Assembly: GCF_009914755.1 (NCBI RefSeq)
Contig: NC_060941.1
Direction: 5' to 3' (one strand)
Origin: the human T2T-CHM13v2.0 reference genome, Homo sapiens
DNA: 64,000 nt
Part shown: positions 16,802 through 42,639 of the stretch, piece by piece
Position numbering within the stretch: position 1 is the first letter of the stretch
How the letters are laid out: each line of letters begins with the position of its first letter
The notes under the pieces: generated by a model
Databases searched by the model: none
Told to the model about the DNA's origin: nothing
The model's input: only the letters and a program-made list of their open reading frames with translations
Program-made: the position numbers and the translations under genes

Positions 16802-17520
16802 TCAGAATCTCTGTTACACTGTAACAGTGATTGCCATTAGGGAGGGGACCTGCAGATCAGGAGAAACAGTAGGAGGGAGACTTGTTGCATATGTCCTTAT
16901 GCACTGATTGAACTTTTTTTCTGTGCATGTATTTTTTTTTTTTTTCTTTTTCTTCGAGATGGAGTATTGCTCTGTCACCCAGGCTGGAGTGCAGTGATGC
17001 GATGTCAGCTCACTGCAAACTCCGCCTCCTGGGTTCAAGCAATTCTCCTGCCTTAGCCTCCTGAGTAGCTGAGATTACAGGCATGTGCCACCACGTCTGG
17101 CTAATTTTTGTACTTTTTTTTTTTTTTTTGTAGAGATGGGGTTTCCCTATGTTGCCCAGGCTGGTCAAATGCTACTCTTTTGAGCAGACTTCTTTGTATT
17201 ACAGTTTGGAGTGGTTATGTTTTAACTCTCAAGCCAAGCTGAAAGTTTTAAGTGTGTGAAACTTGTCTGTAAATTTTCTGAAGAAGCAAGCACCGTGCCC
17301 TTCTGAGGCAGGTGAGGAGCTACGGCTTTCTCAGAACACACTAAGAGTCTCTTGTAGAAAGGTGCTATGCACATTTCCAAAGAAGGGGCGCTCTGAGAGA
17401 GGACAGCAGAGAATAGTGGATAGATGTTGGTCCCTGGCTCTGACTGACATGTGAAAATCTCAGCCTATCAGCTGGGCCACCAGCTATTGCCCCTCTCTGC
17501 ACCTCAGTTTACTTTGCTCA

Positions 17521-18661
<1,141 letters not shown>

Positions 18662-18872
18662 TAATGTTGGCCAGGCTGGTCTCGAACTCCTGACCTTGTG
18701 ATCCAGCCACCTCGGCCTCCCAAAGTGCTGGGATTATAGGCGTAAGCCACGGTGACCAGCCTGAAAACGTTTTCTAAATGGCCCATTTTGTTTGGAATCT
18801 TCACCACTTTGGGAAAAAGCCTAAAGATTAATGGAACAGAAATGTGCCATAAGATCAGAGACTAGATATTGA

Positions 18873-19022
<150 letters not shown>

Positions 19023-19861
19023 TAGCTGGGATTACAGGTGCCCGCCACCACGCCCGGCTAATTTTTTGGTATTTTTAGTAGAGACGGGGTTTCACCATCT
19101 TGGCCAGGATGGTCTCAAACTCCTGACCTTGTGATCCACCCTCCTCGGCCTCCCAAAGTGCTGGGATTATAGGCGTGAGCCACCGCGCCCAGCCACGGAT
19201 GCTATTTTTATAGTTACACATTATGCTCTAGGGAGGAAAAATGATGAAGGTCATTGAAATTTGCTTATGAAATATAATTAAAGCTCTGGAAGAAAGATAT
19301 TATGTAAATCCCAAGCAGAATGATCAGTTTATTAATTGATTTAATGAAGACTGAAAGTATGAAAGTTTGGAACTATCAAAAAAGCTAAATGGAAACCATT
19401 TCAAAATGGGGTTACTTAATCCCAGCACTCTGGGAGGCCGAGGCAGGAGAATAACCTGAGGTCAGGAGTTTGAGACCAGCCTGACCAACATGGTGAAACC
19501 CCGTCTCTACTAAAAATACAAAATTAGCCGGGGGCGGTAACGCGTGCCCGTAATCCCAGCCACTTAGGAGGCTGAAGCAGGAGAATCGCTTGAACTCCGG
19601 AGGCCGAGGTTGCAGTGAGCCAAGATCGAGCCACTGCATTCCAGCCTGGGCAACAAGAGCGAAACTCGGTCTCAAAAAACAAAACAAAACAAACAAAAAA
19701 ACCCACAAAAAACAGAAAATGGGGTTACTATCAGGAATCTGGATACTGACTAATGAAAATGCAAGTGGGCTGGGCGCGGTGGCTCACGCCTGTAATCCCA
19801 GCACTTTGGGAAGCCGAGCCGGGCGGATCACGAGGTCAGGAGATCGAGACCATCCTGGCTA

Positions 19862-20026
<165 letters not shown>

Positions 20027-20272
20027 CTACAGAGCAAGACTCCGTCTCAAAAAAAAAAAAAAAAAAAAAGAAAGAAAATGCTAGTGGTCTGGCTGAAGAA
20101 GGAGAAGAGGGAATTCATTAGTGTGGTGGGCACTCCTGGTCAGCATTTGTTCTTGTCGCAACTCCGGGAATGAGCCCTGATTTGACTACGCCAATTATCA
20201 TAATTCCCCATTTCACCCTCCCATGATCCAAGTTCTTCCATTCAGAGCAAGCCTAGGATTTTAGTTTGCTGA

Positions 20273-20629
<357 letters not shown>

Positions 20630-20887
20630 TGATCTGCCCATCTCGGCTTCCCAAAGTGCTGGGATTACAGGTGTGAACCACTGCACCCAGACTGCTCTCT
20701 GTTTTCCATGGCATGGCCAGAGATCTGAGGCATGGATGTGCCACAGCCAATCTGCAGCTAGTCAAGACACCAGCCAAGGAAAATGGCCACATGTCCAAGA
20801 GGCATATGCTAAAGAATGGAGCCAGAGCCTTGATCGCACTGCACTTGAACCCTAGCTCTGGAAATTTTGGTTAAATGAGCCAATTGA

Positions 20888-21191
<304 letters not shown>

Positions 21192-21841
21192 TGATCCTCC
21201 CGTGTGGAGCACCAAAACTGCTAGGATTATAGGTGTGAGCCACCTCAGCTGGCCTGGGTTGGGTTTTCTTTTTCTGTTTTTTTTTTTTTTTTTTTTTGAG
21301 AAGGAGTCTCACTCTGTTGCCAGGCTGGAGTGCAGTGGTGCAATCTGGGCTCACTACAACCTCTGACTCCCTGGTTCAAGCAATTCTCCTGCCTCAGCAT
21401 CCTGAGTAGCTGGGATTATAGGCACGTACCAACATGCCCAATTAATTTTTCATATTTTTAGTAGAGACAGGGTTTCACCATTTTGGTCAGGATGGTCTTG
21501 ATCTCCTGACCTCCTGATTCACCCGCCTTGGTCTCTCAAAGTGCTGGGATTACAGGCGTGAGCCACTGTGCCTGGCCTGAGTTGGGTTTTCTATCACAAT
21601 AGTTCCAAAAAATGTATTGGCTTGTGTGCTGAAAAGTCTATGCTTAAAGCTTCAGGCATGGCTGGCTGGCTGGTTCAAGGTGCTTAATATCAGCAGGACT
21701 CTATCTTTTCTCTCATCTCTGTTCCCATCTGTGTTGGCTTCATTCTTAGGCTGGTTCTCCATTATGGAGCTACTCCAGGCTTATATCCCACTAGCTCAGT
21801 AACCTGATAGGAAGAGAAGCTTCTTTTTTTCTTTTTTTTGA

Positions 21842-22000
<159 letters not shown>

Positions 22001-22003
22001 TGA

Positions 22004-22305
<302 letters not shown>

Positions 22306-22488
22306 TGATTTCTGTAGAAGTCCCAGGCTTGGCTTGAGAGTCATTGCTCTGCTATGAGTCAGGTGCCCATTCCTGAACTAATCACTGACCAGGGAGAGAA
22401 AGCTCTGATTGACTCAGGCTCAGAGCTGGAAGGGAGAAGGAGTCGCTCCCTTCAGCCTATTCAGATTCTTCCCAAGAGTTTAGTTTTA

Positions 22489-22854
<366 letters not shown>

Positions 22855-23045
22855 TCACCTGAGTTCAGGTGTTCAGGACCAGCCTGGCCAACATGGTGAA
22901 ACCCCGTCTCTAAAAAAATAGAAGGGCCGGGTGCAGTGGCTCATGCCTGTAATCCCATCACTTTGGGAGGCCAAGGCAGGCGGATCATCTGAGGTCAGGA
23001 GTTGGAGACCAGGCTGACCAACATGGTGAAACCACGTGTCTACTA

Positions 23046-23300
<255 letters not shown>

Positions 23301-25109
23301 CTAGCCTGGGCAACAGAGTGAGACTCCATCTTAAATAAATAAATAAATAAATAAATTTAGAAATACAAAAATTAGCCAGGTGTGGTGGCACATGTCTGTA
23401 ATTCCAGCTACTTGGGAGGCTAAGGTAGGAAAATTGCTTGAACCTGGGAGGCGGAGGTTGCGGTGAACTCCGCGCCACTGCACTCCAGCCTGGGCAACAA
23501 GAACGAAACTTCGTCTCAAAAAACAAAGAAAAAAAGTTTAGCTTTGGAGTTTAGGCTTGGGTTTTCCAGGGTTACCACTTTTTAGCTGTGTTATCTTGGG
23601 CAAATAATGGAAGCTTTCTGAACCTCAGCTGTAAAATAAGGATAACGGTAGTCTCTACCTCTTAGGGTTTTTTATGAAGAGGAAATGAGGTACTGCATGC
23701 AAAACATTTGCACAATGCTCACTACTTTGTTGTCATTGTTACTAGTTCCTTTCTCCAGCACCTGCACTTCCAGGATGTTGGCACAGGTCCTTCCTTCCCC
23801 ATGGGCTAGAAGGAAACTTCCTCCTGTGAGAGCTGTCATAGCTCTTTCTCTTGATTGTCTATGTGGCATTTGGTTTCTGCTCATGTTCATGCTGCCCAAA
23901 CTCAAAACTTCTCTGTCCTAGACTTTCAACCCCTAGAAGGGAAAGGATGGCTCCATTCTTTTCAATGTCCTTAATAAGAGAACTGCCATCAACACCCATC
24001 CAGTGCATTTACAGTTTCCAAAGCATTTCCTCCTCTGCCTTTTCACCTGAGCCAGAATGCAATCCTAGGGAGTGGGAGGGGTTATTATTCCCACTTCACA
24101 GATGGGGAAACTGAGGTCCAGGGAGGGGCAGTGACGTCATGGTCAAGCAGCAAGTCGGTGGACAAGAAATTAGGTGTTTCTGGATTGCCAACACAAGTTT
24201 CTTTTTGTGGGACAAATAGTTTTGAATATAGAGTTCAAGCCTTTGGTGAAGATCCCGGGGAGCCTGTTCTGCACCTGTGCTAAGTGATTCTTTTCATTCA
24301 GCATGCAGTCTGTCCCTGTCTGCTGCCTGCCAGTCTTTCCCCCAAAGTCCCTTCCTGCTTGAAACCCTCCTTCCCTAACCCCAGAGACACCCCTGGCCTG
24401 CACTGCCAGCTCTTTCTTCTGAAATACACCTCTCCAACCGGCCCCCATCAGTCTGCTCCATTATCCACCTGGAACCAACCTCCAAACCTCTGCAAGGGCA
24501 GATGAGAGTGTCTCCTCCAGCCCTGTTTTCCATGGACTGCTTTGGGCACGGATGAAATTGTTCAGCTTATCCTGCAAGTTCCTCTGCAAGACTGCTTATG
24601 TGCTCTAGACTCATAGAACCTGGAATTGAATCCTAGCCCTGCCACATGCTGCCTCAGTTTCCGCATCTAAAATAGGAATAGGGCTGCTGACGTCAAGGGA
24701 TCATCATGAGGATGAATTGAGAGAGGAATGCCAGGGGGCTGATACGCTTCAAGGAGGGGGTCCAGGAAAGAGAAATGACTTTGAGGAATGCAAGAATGTC
24801 CCCTCTGACCTTGCACGTGGCGGTCTTCCGGCCTCAGGACACCCTCCTCCACTTCCCAAGCCTGGGCTAATCTGGTATTCTCCAACTCACTTCCTGTCCT
24901 GTAGGTTAGCTCATCATCTCATTATCTGTATCCAGTTCTCTTTCCAGGCTTGCATATTATCTGTGCGGCTACACACACTTGCTAGGTGGGTAGTGAAGGG
25001 AGTATTAGGCTCTGCATATGGAAAAGTGGGCCTGGGTGGCCAAGCCCCAGCATATCTCCAAACCTCAATTTCTTGTCTGTAAAATGTGAACAGCAAGAAT
25101 GTGCACCTT

Positions 25110-25655
<546 letters not shown>

Positions 25656-26061
25656 ATTTAGAAGCATCACGCCCGTGCTGTGCATCAGCTCTGTGTTATA
25701 ACTCATCTGACATTGTAAACTCAGGGCAGAAGCATGATTGCAGTGTAAAGTTCTGCTTTCCTTGGAGATGGGGTAAAGAGGTGAGGCTCACAAGGAATGT
25801 TGGACTGGTTGAGGGCATTCTCTGGGATGAGGGTGGACCAAGTTCAAAACGGGGAGCTCCGGCTTCTGCTGCAAGGCAGGCACATAGGGCATAATTCCCT
25901 CTGCTGGTGGAGAAGGGGCACCAAGCAGTGGGAAGGGTGGTTAACTGGAGAGTGTTTCTAGCATCTAGAGCTACCAGTGTTTGACTTTTCAAAGGAAAAG
26001 TGGCTATGTGGTTTTGCAAACGTGTTACAAGCTCTCTCCATTTTTATCGTATTTATTGTAT

Positions 26062-26245
26062 CACTAGCTAGACTAATAAAGAAAAAAGAGAAGATACAAG
26101 TAAACATAATCAGAAAGGGCAAAGAGGACATTACCACCGACCCCATACAAACACAAAAAAGCCCTCAAAAACTATTATGAACACGTCTATGCACACACAC
26201 TAAAAAACTTACAATAAATAGATGAATTCCTGGAAAGATACAACC
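26062..26245 (+). mobile_element. Isolated internal L1 ORF2 fragment
   Basis: Translates [27 protein letters not shown], similar to L1 ORF2p [28 protein letters not shown]. Confidence 0.85.
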
Positions 26246-26949
26246 TTTTTTTTTTTTGCCAGAGAATGGAATTCCAGATCCTGGGTTGTTAGAACCTTAA
26301 GGGATACTTTCATCCCCTGGTTCCTGTACAGGGAGGAGGAATCTGAGGCTCAGAGAAGTACAGTGACTTGTTTAAGGTCCCTCAGTGAGTTAGGGCAGAG
26401 GAAGACTTCTGGCCACAGCTTCCCTGAAGCCAAGGCTAGGCAGAGTGTTGATGTCACCCAGGCAACAGGGATGGTGCCCTCTGCCCACCTAGCAAGCCCT
26501 GACTCATGCTCCGCGCCCCTGCTGTGAGAAGTCTCTGCTGACTCCCACCCTGATTGGAGCAGGTTAGTCAGCTTTGAGGTGCAGCCTCCAGTTCTGGCCC
26601 CTCCAGTTCCGGGACTCTCATTCGAGGCATTTGGGGCTGTCTCATTTCTGTGCCCAGCACAGGGCTTGGCACAGAGGAGGTGCTTTGTGGGTGCCCGCCA
26701 GTCAAGGGTTTCCGTTTTCGTGCCATGTAGGTAACCCCTTGCCATTCGTGCCCTTAGGTAACCCCTTGAGCAGCCTAAAGAAGCCTAGAGACTTCTCCGT
26801 TTTTGAGTATATTTTATTGACGTGAAATACACGCACGGAAAAGCGCACAAATCCAAAGTGTACTTCCGCGCATCTTCATAAAGTGAACACACTTGTAGCC
26901 TAAGAACCCAACCCTACCAGCGCCCGGCAGGCCCTGGCCCCCTTCCAGT

Positions 26950-28500
26950 CTCTCCTACTGAACAAGGTTTTTGAGTGAAACCGGCAGGCCGGAGCGTGAG
27001 TTTCTGCTTGACGGGGCGGGGTCTGCGCGTGCTGCCCGGCCGTGAGTGTGGGGGGGCCGTGAGTGTGTACGGGGTGGAGTGGCCTGAAGGGGATTAGAGT
27101 GCGCGCGTTCGGGTATTAATTTGCCAGGGTTTGTGTGGCGCTCGGGATTGGGGGTTTTTTGGGGGCTCGGGCGTCGACTGTGGGGCGCTGCGGAAGGGTG
27201 GGTCGTCCGCGTGGGGTCCTGGAGCGCAGGAGGCGGAGGGGAAGCCGCGCAGGGGCCACTAGGGAGGGGCTCTGGCGGGGTCGCAGGGGCGTGGTCTGCG
27301 GGCGTGGGGGCGGGACCTCGGGGCCTCGGGGGCGGGGCCTGAGGGCGCGCGCACGCGTCCGGCGCGCCCCCTCCCGGCCGCCATGTTGGCTGGTGTGTGG
27401 GTGTCAAACTGAGCCAGACGCGGCGGTGGCGGCGGCTCCGCGGGCTACGGTCGCTCCCGCCTCTCGAGCGCTGCCGGTGGCCGCAGCGGCGCACCCACGC
27501 CGGCCCGGAGGAGCAGAGGTGAGCCACAGCCCGTGGGGCTCCAAGGCCAGAGCGAGTCCCCGGGGCGAGGACCCTCCCCCTCTCCAGGGCGCGGACGCCC
27601 CCAGAGCACAGGCTCCCCTACCTCACCAGCCCCGCCAGGGCATGCGCCCCTGCCGCCCCGCTGGTCCCTACGCCAGGCTCTGGGGGATCCCCTTCTTTCC
27701 AACCAGGCCCCGCCCCACGGACTGGAGCATGGCCCCCTTCCCATCTGGATCCAGCTTTCCGCTGCAAGGATCTCCCCCCTTACCCGTCCCTATCACCGAG
27801 CATCTCCTTTTATGTCCCCAGAGTCCAGGGCGCCCCTTACTCCTACCTCGGATCCTGGAGCCCCGTTCATCTTGGAACAACCCCGCCCCCTCCCCAGAGC
27901 ACGTTCCTCCTCTCCCCGAGCCCGGCGCCCCTTCCTCCTGAGCCCAGCCTGGTCTCCCGCCAGCCCCCGTGCAGAGCCCGGTCCGGGCGCCCTCCGGGAA
28001 TCGGGGGAGGGGTCCTTATCTCTGTCCGGGATCCCGCCCGTCTCACCTTTCCTGGGGGCTGTAGCAGGGCCCCCTTCCGTCCTTGGGGACCAGGCTCCCC
28101 ACTCCCCAGCCCCCACTCCCACGGAACAGCGGGGACGGGGGCGGAAGAGCCAGGCTCCAGCTGCCTTTTGTTCCGCGTGGGATGGCAGAGACCCACCCGG
28201 CCCGGCGGTCCTGCTCGGCTGATCCGGGTGGGTGAATGGGTGCGTGGGGTCTGGCCTCTTCCAGGAGAGACTTCCTCTCTCTCCCTGTGGGGCGGCTCCC
28301 CTAGAGCCGAGAGCCGAGCGCGTTGGGAGGCTGGCCTTTGCTAGAGGAGTCGGTGCCAACAGGTTTTTGTTTGCGACCTGAAGTTTGCCCAGTGGCTTTC
28401 CCTGGGGCAGCTTGAGCTCCCTGTGAATCCCCCCGCCGGAGCTTGTGGAAGGCCGTTTCTCCGCCCAAGGAGTCCGTCTGGGCGACTCCTTCACAGTTGT
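26950..28500 (+). promoter_or_regulatory. EPN2: CpG island / main EPN2 promoter
   Basis: High CpG density; GC boxes at ~27012, 27306 and 27328; NRF1-like gcgcgcgcacgcg at 27345-27357; YY1 motif gccgccatgttg at 27377-27388. Confidence 0.88.
27377..27518 (+). other. EPN2: Non-coding exon 1 of epsin-2 (TSS approximate)
   Basis: Donor GAG|GTGAGC at 27518/27519. Sequence ...GCGCACCCACGCCGGCCCGGAGGAGCAGAG recalled as the EPN2 5'UTR. Neighbouring KYNU pseudogene and GRAPL-like exon fit 17p11.2. Confidence 0.82.
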
Positions 28501-29102
28501 GCTTCCCTGGGGACGTATCTAAAATCTGTGCTTTAAGAGCGGAGAGGGCTTAACCATCATTAGGGTTCAGATGAGGGAAACTGAGGCCCAGAACTGCAGT
28601 AATTTGCCCAAGGTCACGCAGTGATACTGTGTCAGTGCAGAACTAGAAGCTAGGTCTCCAGGCTCTGTTTACCACATTTAATAACTTTTTTATCTTTTAG
28701 GGAGATGTTCAGGACCCTACCTTCCCCTTTATTTTTAATATTTATGCAAGAAAGTGGGCAGGAAAATATGAGAAGTAATGAGTTATTCCTTTTCACCTCC
28801 AGAAAATATCCTGTGAAAGAAGGGATTGGAACAGGGTGTTAAAATGATGGGAAAAGGTGAATTTTAAGAATCCAAGCTTCCTCTCATTATGTAATATAAC
28901 GAAGATTTGGCAGAAAACGTGCCTCTTGTAGCTCTAGATACAGAATTTTAGGTGCTGACAAAATCTTATGCTGAATCTGGCACAGCAGTGATTGAGTTAG
29001 CATTGATAATTAAGTTTTCATCTGTATTTAAATGAACATCAAAAGGGACTACAATTTGCTTCTGAATGGTACTTGTTCGGTGCTTGTTTTTGGGACAAGT
29101 GA

Positions 29103-37057
<7,955 letters not shown>

Positions 37058-39704
37058 CCCTGTGTGCCTTTTTGATACTCAGAGCTGTCCTGGGATATAA
37101 TGACTATACTATGGATGACAAAATTTGGGAAACATCTGATTGGAGAAAGAATTTGTATGTCACTTTATGAGAAGCAGCTGGGAGATGTAGAAGTATGGGC
37201 ATTTCAAGGACAGTTTCATGACTGAGGCCAGTGTCAACCTGAAAAATATGGAACACGTGATCTAGAGGCAAATAATGGTTATAAATGAAATGCCACCAAG
37301 AACTTAATCTAATTGAGAAGACAAAGTTACTATTTGTGAGACAGAAGCTAGCAGTTTGTTGAGCCATGATTTTGATTCTTTGTCAGGGGGTCAAGAATGG
37401 AGAAAAAATTTAGAAGTCAGGGAAGCTATCAGGAGAAGGTAGGATTTGAGCTGGACCTTGAAGAACAAGAAACAGTATCCCTAAGTGGAAGGCAGATGGG
37501 AAGGTATTTCGGATCTCAGGAACAGCAGGAGTTAAAGCTTGAGATGGGATGGGGTAGGTGCTTGAGTGTGTGCTGGCTCCTGCAGCTGGTGACGGGTGGA
37601 TGCCTGCTGGGAGCAGTGAGCTCCCAGGTGGCCAGATGGCCACTGGCTCTGATGAGACAGCAGCCTTGGGGTTTGGTTTTCTGGGTAGTAGGGAGCAGGG
37701 TAGGTCTTGAGTGGGTGCCACCTCAAGTGTTTGAGAAGGGGGCCCTGCGGAGTAATCTCTGTGGGTGGGGGCCTGGCCCAGACTGGCTTCCTGAGACTGG
37801 CTAGATAGCAGTTCTAGAGATGGAGAATGAAGAGAAGCCAGAGTTGAGTTGTGTTTAGGGAGTAAAGGGGGCCTCAGTGCTGGCTGGGAAGTTTGGATTT
37901 GACTCCCTGGGAGCCTGCAAATCATGTGGCCTGGAAAGCTAGAAAAATGCCCATGATGGGGCCCTACCCCAGACCAATCAAGGGGGAGCCAGTAATTTTT
38001 AGAAGTGCCCCCAGTTAATTCTCATAGTCTGTGTGGGTTGAGAAGCTGAGCTGTGTGCTTGGAGGAGCCTCTGGGAGTGTCAGGGATTGGAAGGGGAAAA
38101 TTGAAGCCAGAAGAAGCCTTTGAAGTAATGTGGTGCGGGGACTGGGTTCCTGAGCTATTGTAGAATGACTGTGGATTGGCTGGTGGAATCAGGGCTGGAG
38201 AGGAACTGGCAGAAATGATCACCCTGGCTGAAATACGCCTCTAAGCTACCTTGGTAAATAAAGAAGGACAGCTTAGTAGAAAGTTTAAACAAGGGATGGG
38301 CAGAAGAGACTGTGATCCACCTATTTGGCAAGCCTCCTTTCAACCTGCATTTTAGCCACAGAGCAGGCACAGCAGGTTCTTATCTGTTCTCTCAAGCTTG
38401 CTAGCCAAGTTCCTCCCCACACCCTAAATTGTAATGACTGCAGCAGATGGTACATGTAAAATTTTAAATTACATTTCTTTAATTTTATTAAAGATAGTTG
38501 TAATGTGGAGTTACTAATTTAGATAGATTCAGTTTATTAGTCAAAGTCTAGAAGTGGGATTTTACATGGTACAGTTAATGCATGTCACAGTGTCATTGTA
38601 ATATATGGTATTTCAGTCAAAAAATGAGTTTATAGTCCACTTCATTTATTCTTTACTTAATGCTTATTGAGCACATATGTATTATGTGCTGTTGGCTGGG
38701 AACGCCTGAGTGAATAAAATTTAAGTTCCTCTTACATTTCAAAATAGTTTTTGGTCTGCAGATGGTGGCTCTTGCCTCAGTAACAAGTAATATTAGCTTT
38801 GGGAGATAGCTGGGGGAGGGAAGTTTAGAAAGTGGTGTCAGACACTAGAATGGAACCTGGGAACCAGAGAAGGCTTCGAGGAAATAGTATGTGAGTCGAG
38901 TCTTGAAGGAAAAGTGGGAGTTCTCAGGGACAGAGATGAGAGGATCCCTGGCCGAGGGAGCTGCATTATGCAGAGGCCTGAGCTGAGCAAGGAGGGCGCA
39001 GAGGAGGAAGAGCTGGACATGTGGCAGAGGCCCAGCTGCCTGCTGACCAGACTCTCCAGGCAGGACAGGCGAGCTTGGTGAGGTTTGACTCATGGGCTGT
39101 GGTTTTCACGTAGCCTTTTGGCGGTGAGTGGGCAGGACTGTGGGCCTTCCACCCCACCTCTAATCAGAGCATCTCTGTGCTGGTGAAAGTGGGGAGCTAA
39201 AAAGAGCCCACTTGAGAAGTGTTCCTCTGCTGTTGAAGAACAACCGAAGTTATCTGGAGCTGCAGTGAGCAAGCTGGCACCCTGAGGGTGGCTGGGAGGG
39301 AGAGGTTGGAGGTTTCTTCCAGAGGACCTGAAGAGCCCTCACTTTTTTCTGTTTGCAGTGAGATGGATGTTCCCTCCTCTACTCCAGGCCAGTTTCCCAA
39401 GGCCTCTGGGTAATGTCTATGTGATTAAACAGTCTCTTGGGAATAGAACTCCTTTCAGTTAAGCAGCTCTATTTTCCAGAAATCCCTGGATAATTTTATG
39501 ACCATGTGGTAAAGGTAAGGGACCTTGCGTTAACTTGGGGTGAATGTCAGAGAGCTGCTGTGTGCTAGGCTCCGTGCTGGGCACCCAGGAAATAGTCCTT
39601 GCCCTTGACTCTGCCCAGTCTGGACTAGAAAAGTGGTCCTTAGGTGGATTGAGCTCACAGATGTGTTTTGTTTGTGCCTCTTTCTAAACATTGAAATTGG
39701 TTGC

Positions 39705-40500
<796 letters not shown>

Positions 40501-41768
40501 GTTGCCAATATTAAAAACAGGAGATCTTACATAGCCTCCTAGTCTTGCAGCTTCATTGACAAATCAGAACACTTGGCAGCCTGGGGCCTGTACTGTTGCC
40601 TGGTAACAGTGGGTCAGAGCCAGTGTCGGCGCCATCTCTAGTTGGGGCTTGCGGGTGCCAGTTCTCCACAGACTTCCACCCTCCACATGGTGCCTGCTTA
40701 TTTCCCCTGGTTGTCTGGTCCCTGCTCTGGGGACACAGGGGCTTACACAGAGTCCAGTCAGGGCAGAATCCCCAACGCAGGGTGGCTGAGTTTGTCTACC
40801 TTTCTGTTCATACCCTGCTACTTGCCCCCCTGCACCTCCCCCCTCACTTACTGCCTCTATACCCTTTCCCTGAAGCCTCTTCTGCCTCTGCCTGGCACAC
40901 ACTGTCCCTCCTCCTCTCTGTGCCCTTCTCTCTCTGACCCAGGGCTCTACATTCTGCAGCATCTCTGGTGCTATTTTAGGTGGGATTGTTTGTGCCATGA
41001 TTCCTTGTCTCTTGTCCCCTCCTTTTCTGGCACCCAACACTAGTACATTCTGATGCCTTCCCTTTTATGTCTTGCATTGGTGTTTGTGAAAAGCAAGTCT
41101 TTATAGTGTACCTTTAGAGCAATATCCATTAAAAACCAGGATCACACAACAAGCATGTAGTTGAACATCTGTGTGCCTTGCACTCTCCTAGACATTGGGA
41201 ATGCCATGGGGACTCCTGCCCTACCTCTAGTTCTAGAAGAGGGATAGGGGAAACAAATGGATAGGCAATCACAGTGTCAGCTTCTTACTGCATCTGGAGA
41301 GGCAGGATCTTGCTTCCTTCAGCTCCCAAGCCTGGAGGTGAGCTCTCTTTGCACTGTGTGTTGGGTGGGGTTGTTTGTGGGGCTCTGTTAAAAGCGTTTC
41401 AGTGGAAGATCCCTGAGTTTGCAGACATCGCCTGGACCCCCAGCTTGTAGTTGAATTTTTTTTTTTTGAGAAGTGCAGTTGTGTAATCTCAGCTCACTGC
41501 AACCTCTGCCTCCCAGGTTCAAGCGATCCTCTTGCCTCAGCCTCCTGAGTAGCTGGGATTAGAGGTGCACGCCGCCACTCCTGGCTAATTTTTGTATTTT
41601 TAGTAGAGACAGGGTTTCACCATATTGGCCAGGCTGGTTTTGAACTGCTGACCTCAGGTGATCTGCCCACCTTGGCTTCCCAAAGTGTTGGGATTACAGG
41701 CGTGAGCCACTGCACCCGGCCAGGTAGTTGAGTGTTGAGCAGGCAACTTGGAAGCTTGGATATCATAC

Positions 41769-42131
41769 AGGTTGAGTATCCCTTGTCTGAACTGCTTGGG
41801 ACTAGAAATCTTTTAGATAGTAGACTTTTTTGGATTTTTCAGTGTTTGCATATGCATAATGAGATATCTTGGGGATGGAACCCAAGTCTAAACGTGAAAT
41901 TCATTTATGTTTTGTGTATACCTTACACCCATAGCTTGAAGATAATTTTATATAATATTTTAAATAAGTTTGTGTACAAAACAAAGATTTGACTGCATTT
42001 TGATTGTGACCCCGTTGCATGAAGTCAGGTGTGGAGTTTTCCACTTGTGGTATCATGTTGCTGCTGCTCAAGAAGTTTCTGATTTTGGAACATTTTGGAT
42101 TTTGGATTTTCACATTAGGGATACCTAATGT
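41769..42131. mobile_element. Tigger4/MER46 (TcMar-Tigger) DNA transposon
   Basis: ta|caggttgagtatccct terminus and agggatacctaatgtg degenerate inverted end; gggatggaacccaagtctaaac core. Confidence 0.82.
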
Positions 42132-42639
42132 GAGAGAGACTAGGCCGCACAGCTCCCTGCACTGCTGCCTGGTGGTCTGAACTGGGGCTCTGATTGTTTT
42201 CTGAGGGGCCTTTTGTGTGCCTTCTGTGAAGGGGCCTGCATTGAGTGAGTCTACACTGTTGGGCTCAGTGTGGAGCATACCTGGTTGAGCCACCAGAGTT
42301 TGACAGCTTAAGGGCAGCCTGTCATTTTATCTACAGAGTATATTAATGATAAAGATCTTTGGAAACTTACTTAAAAACAAAATGAAACATTTCATGATGG
42401 AGGATTTCAAACAGAAAAATAGAATAATTTAGTGAACTCCCATCACTTAGCTTTAACAGTTAATTCTAGGCTCCCCCTACCTCAGATGATTTTAAAGCAA
42501 ATCCCAGTATTCACTTTATTGGAAAATGCTTCAATACATATCTCTAACAGATAATGGACTCTTTATAAACTTATTTTTAAGTGAAGACTGACCACCAGCC
42601 TTCCTAATTCTGATTTTCATATTTCTGTGTTTGAAGCTG

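Noticed and set aside
26955-28494. ORFs of 190-268 aa over the EPN2 promoter
   Set aside because: GC-rich artefacts; they run through the exon 1 donor and show no epsin similarity
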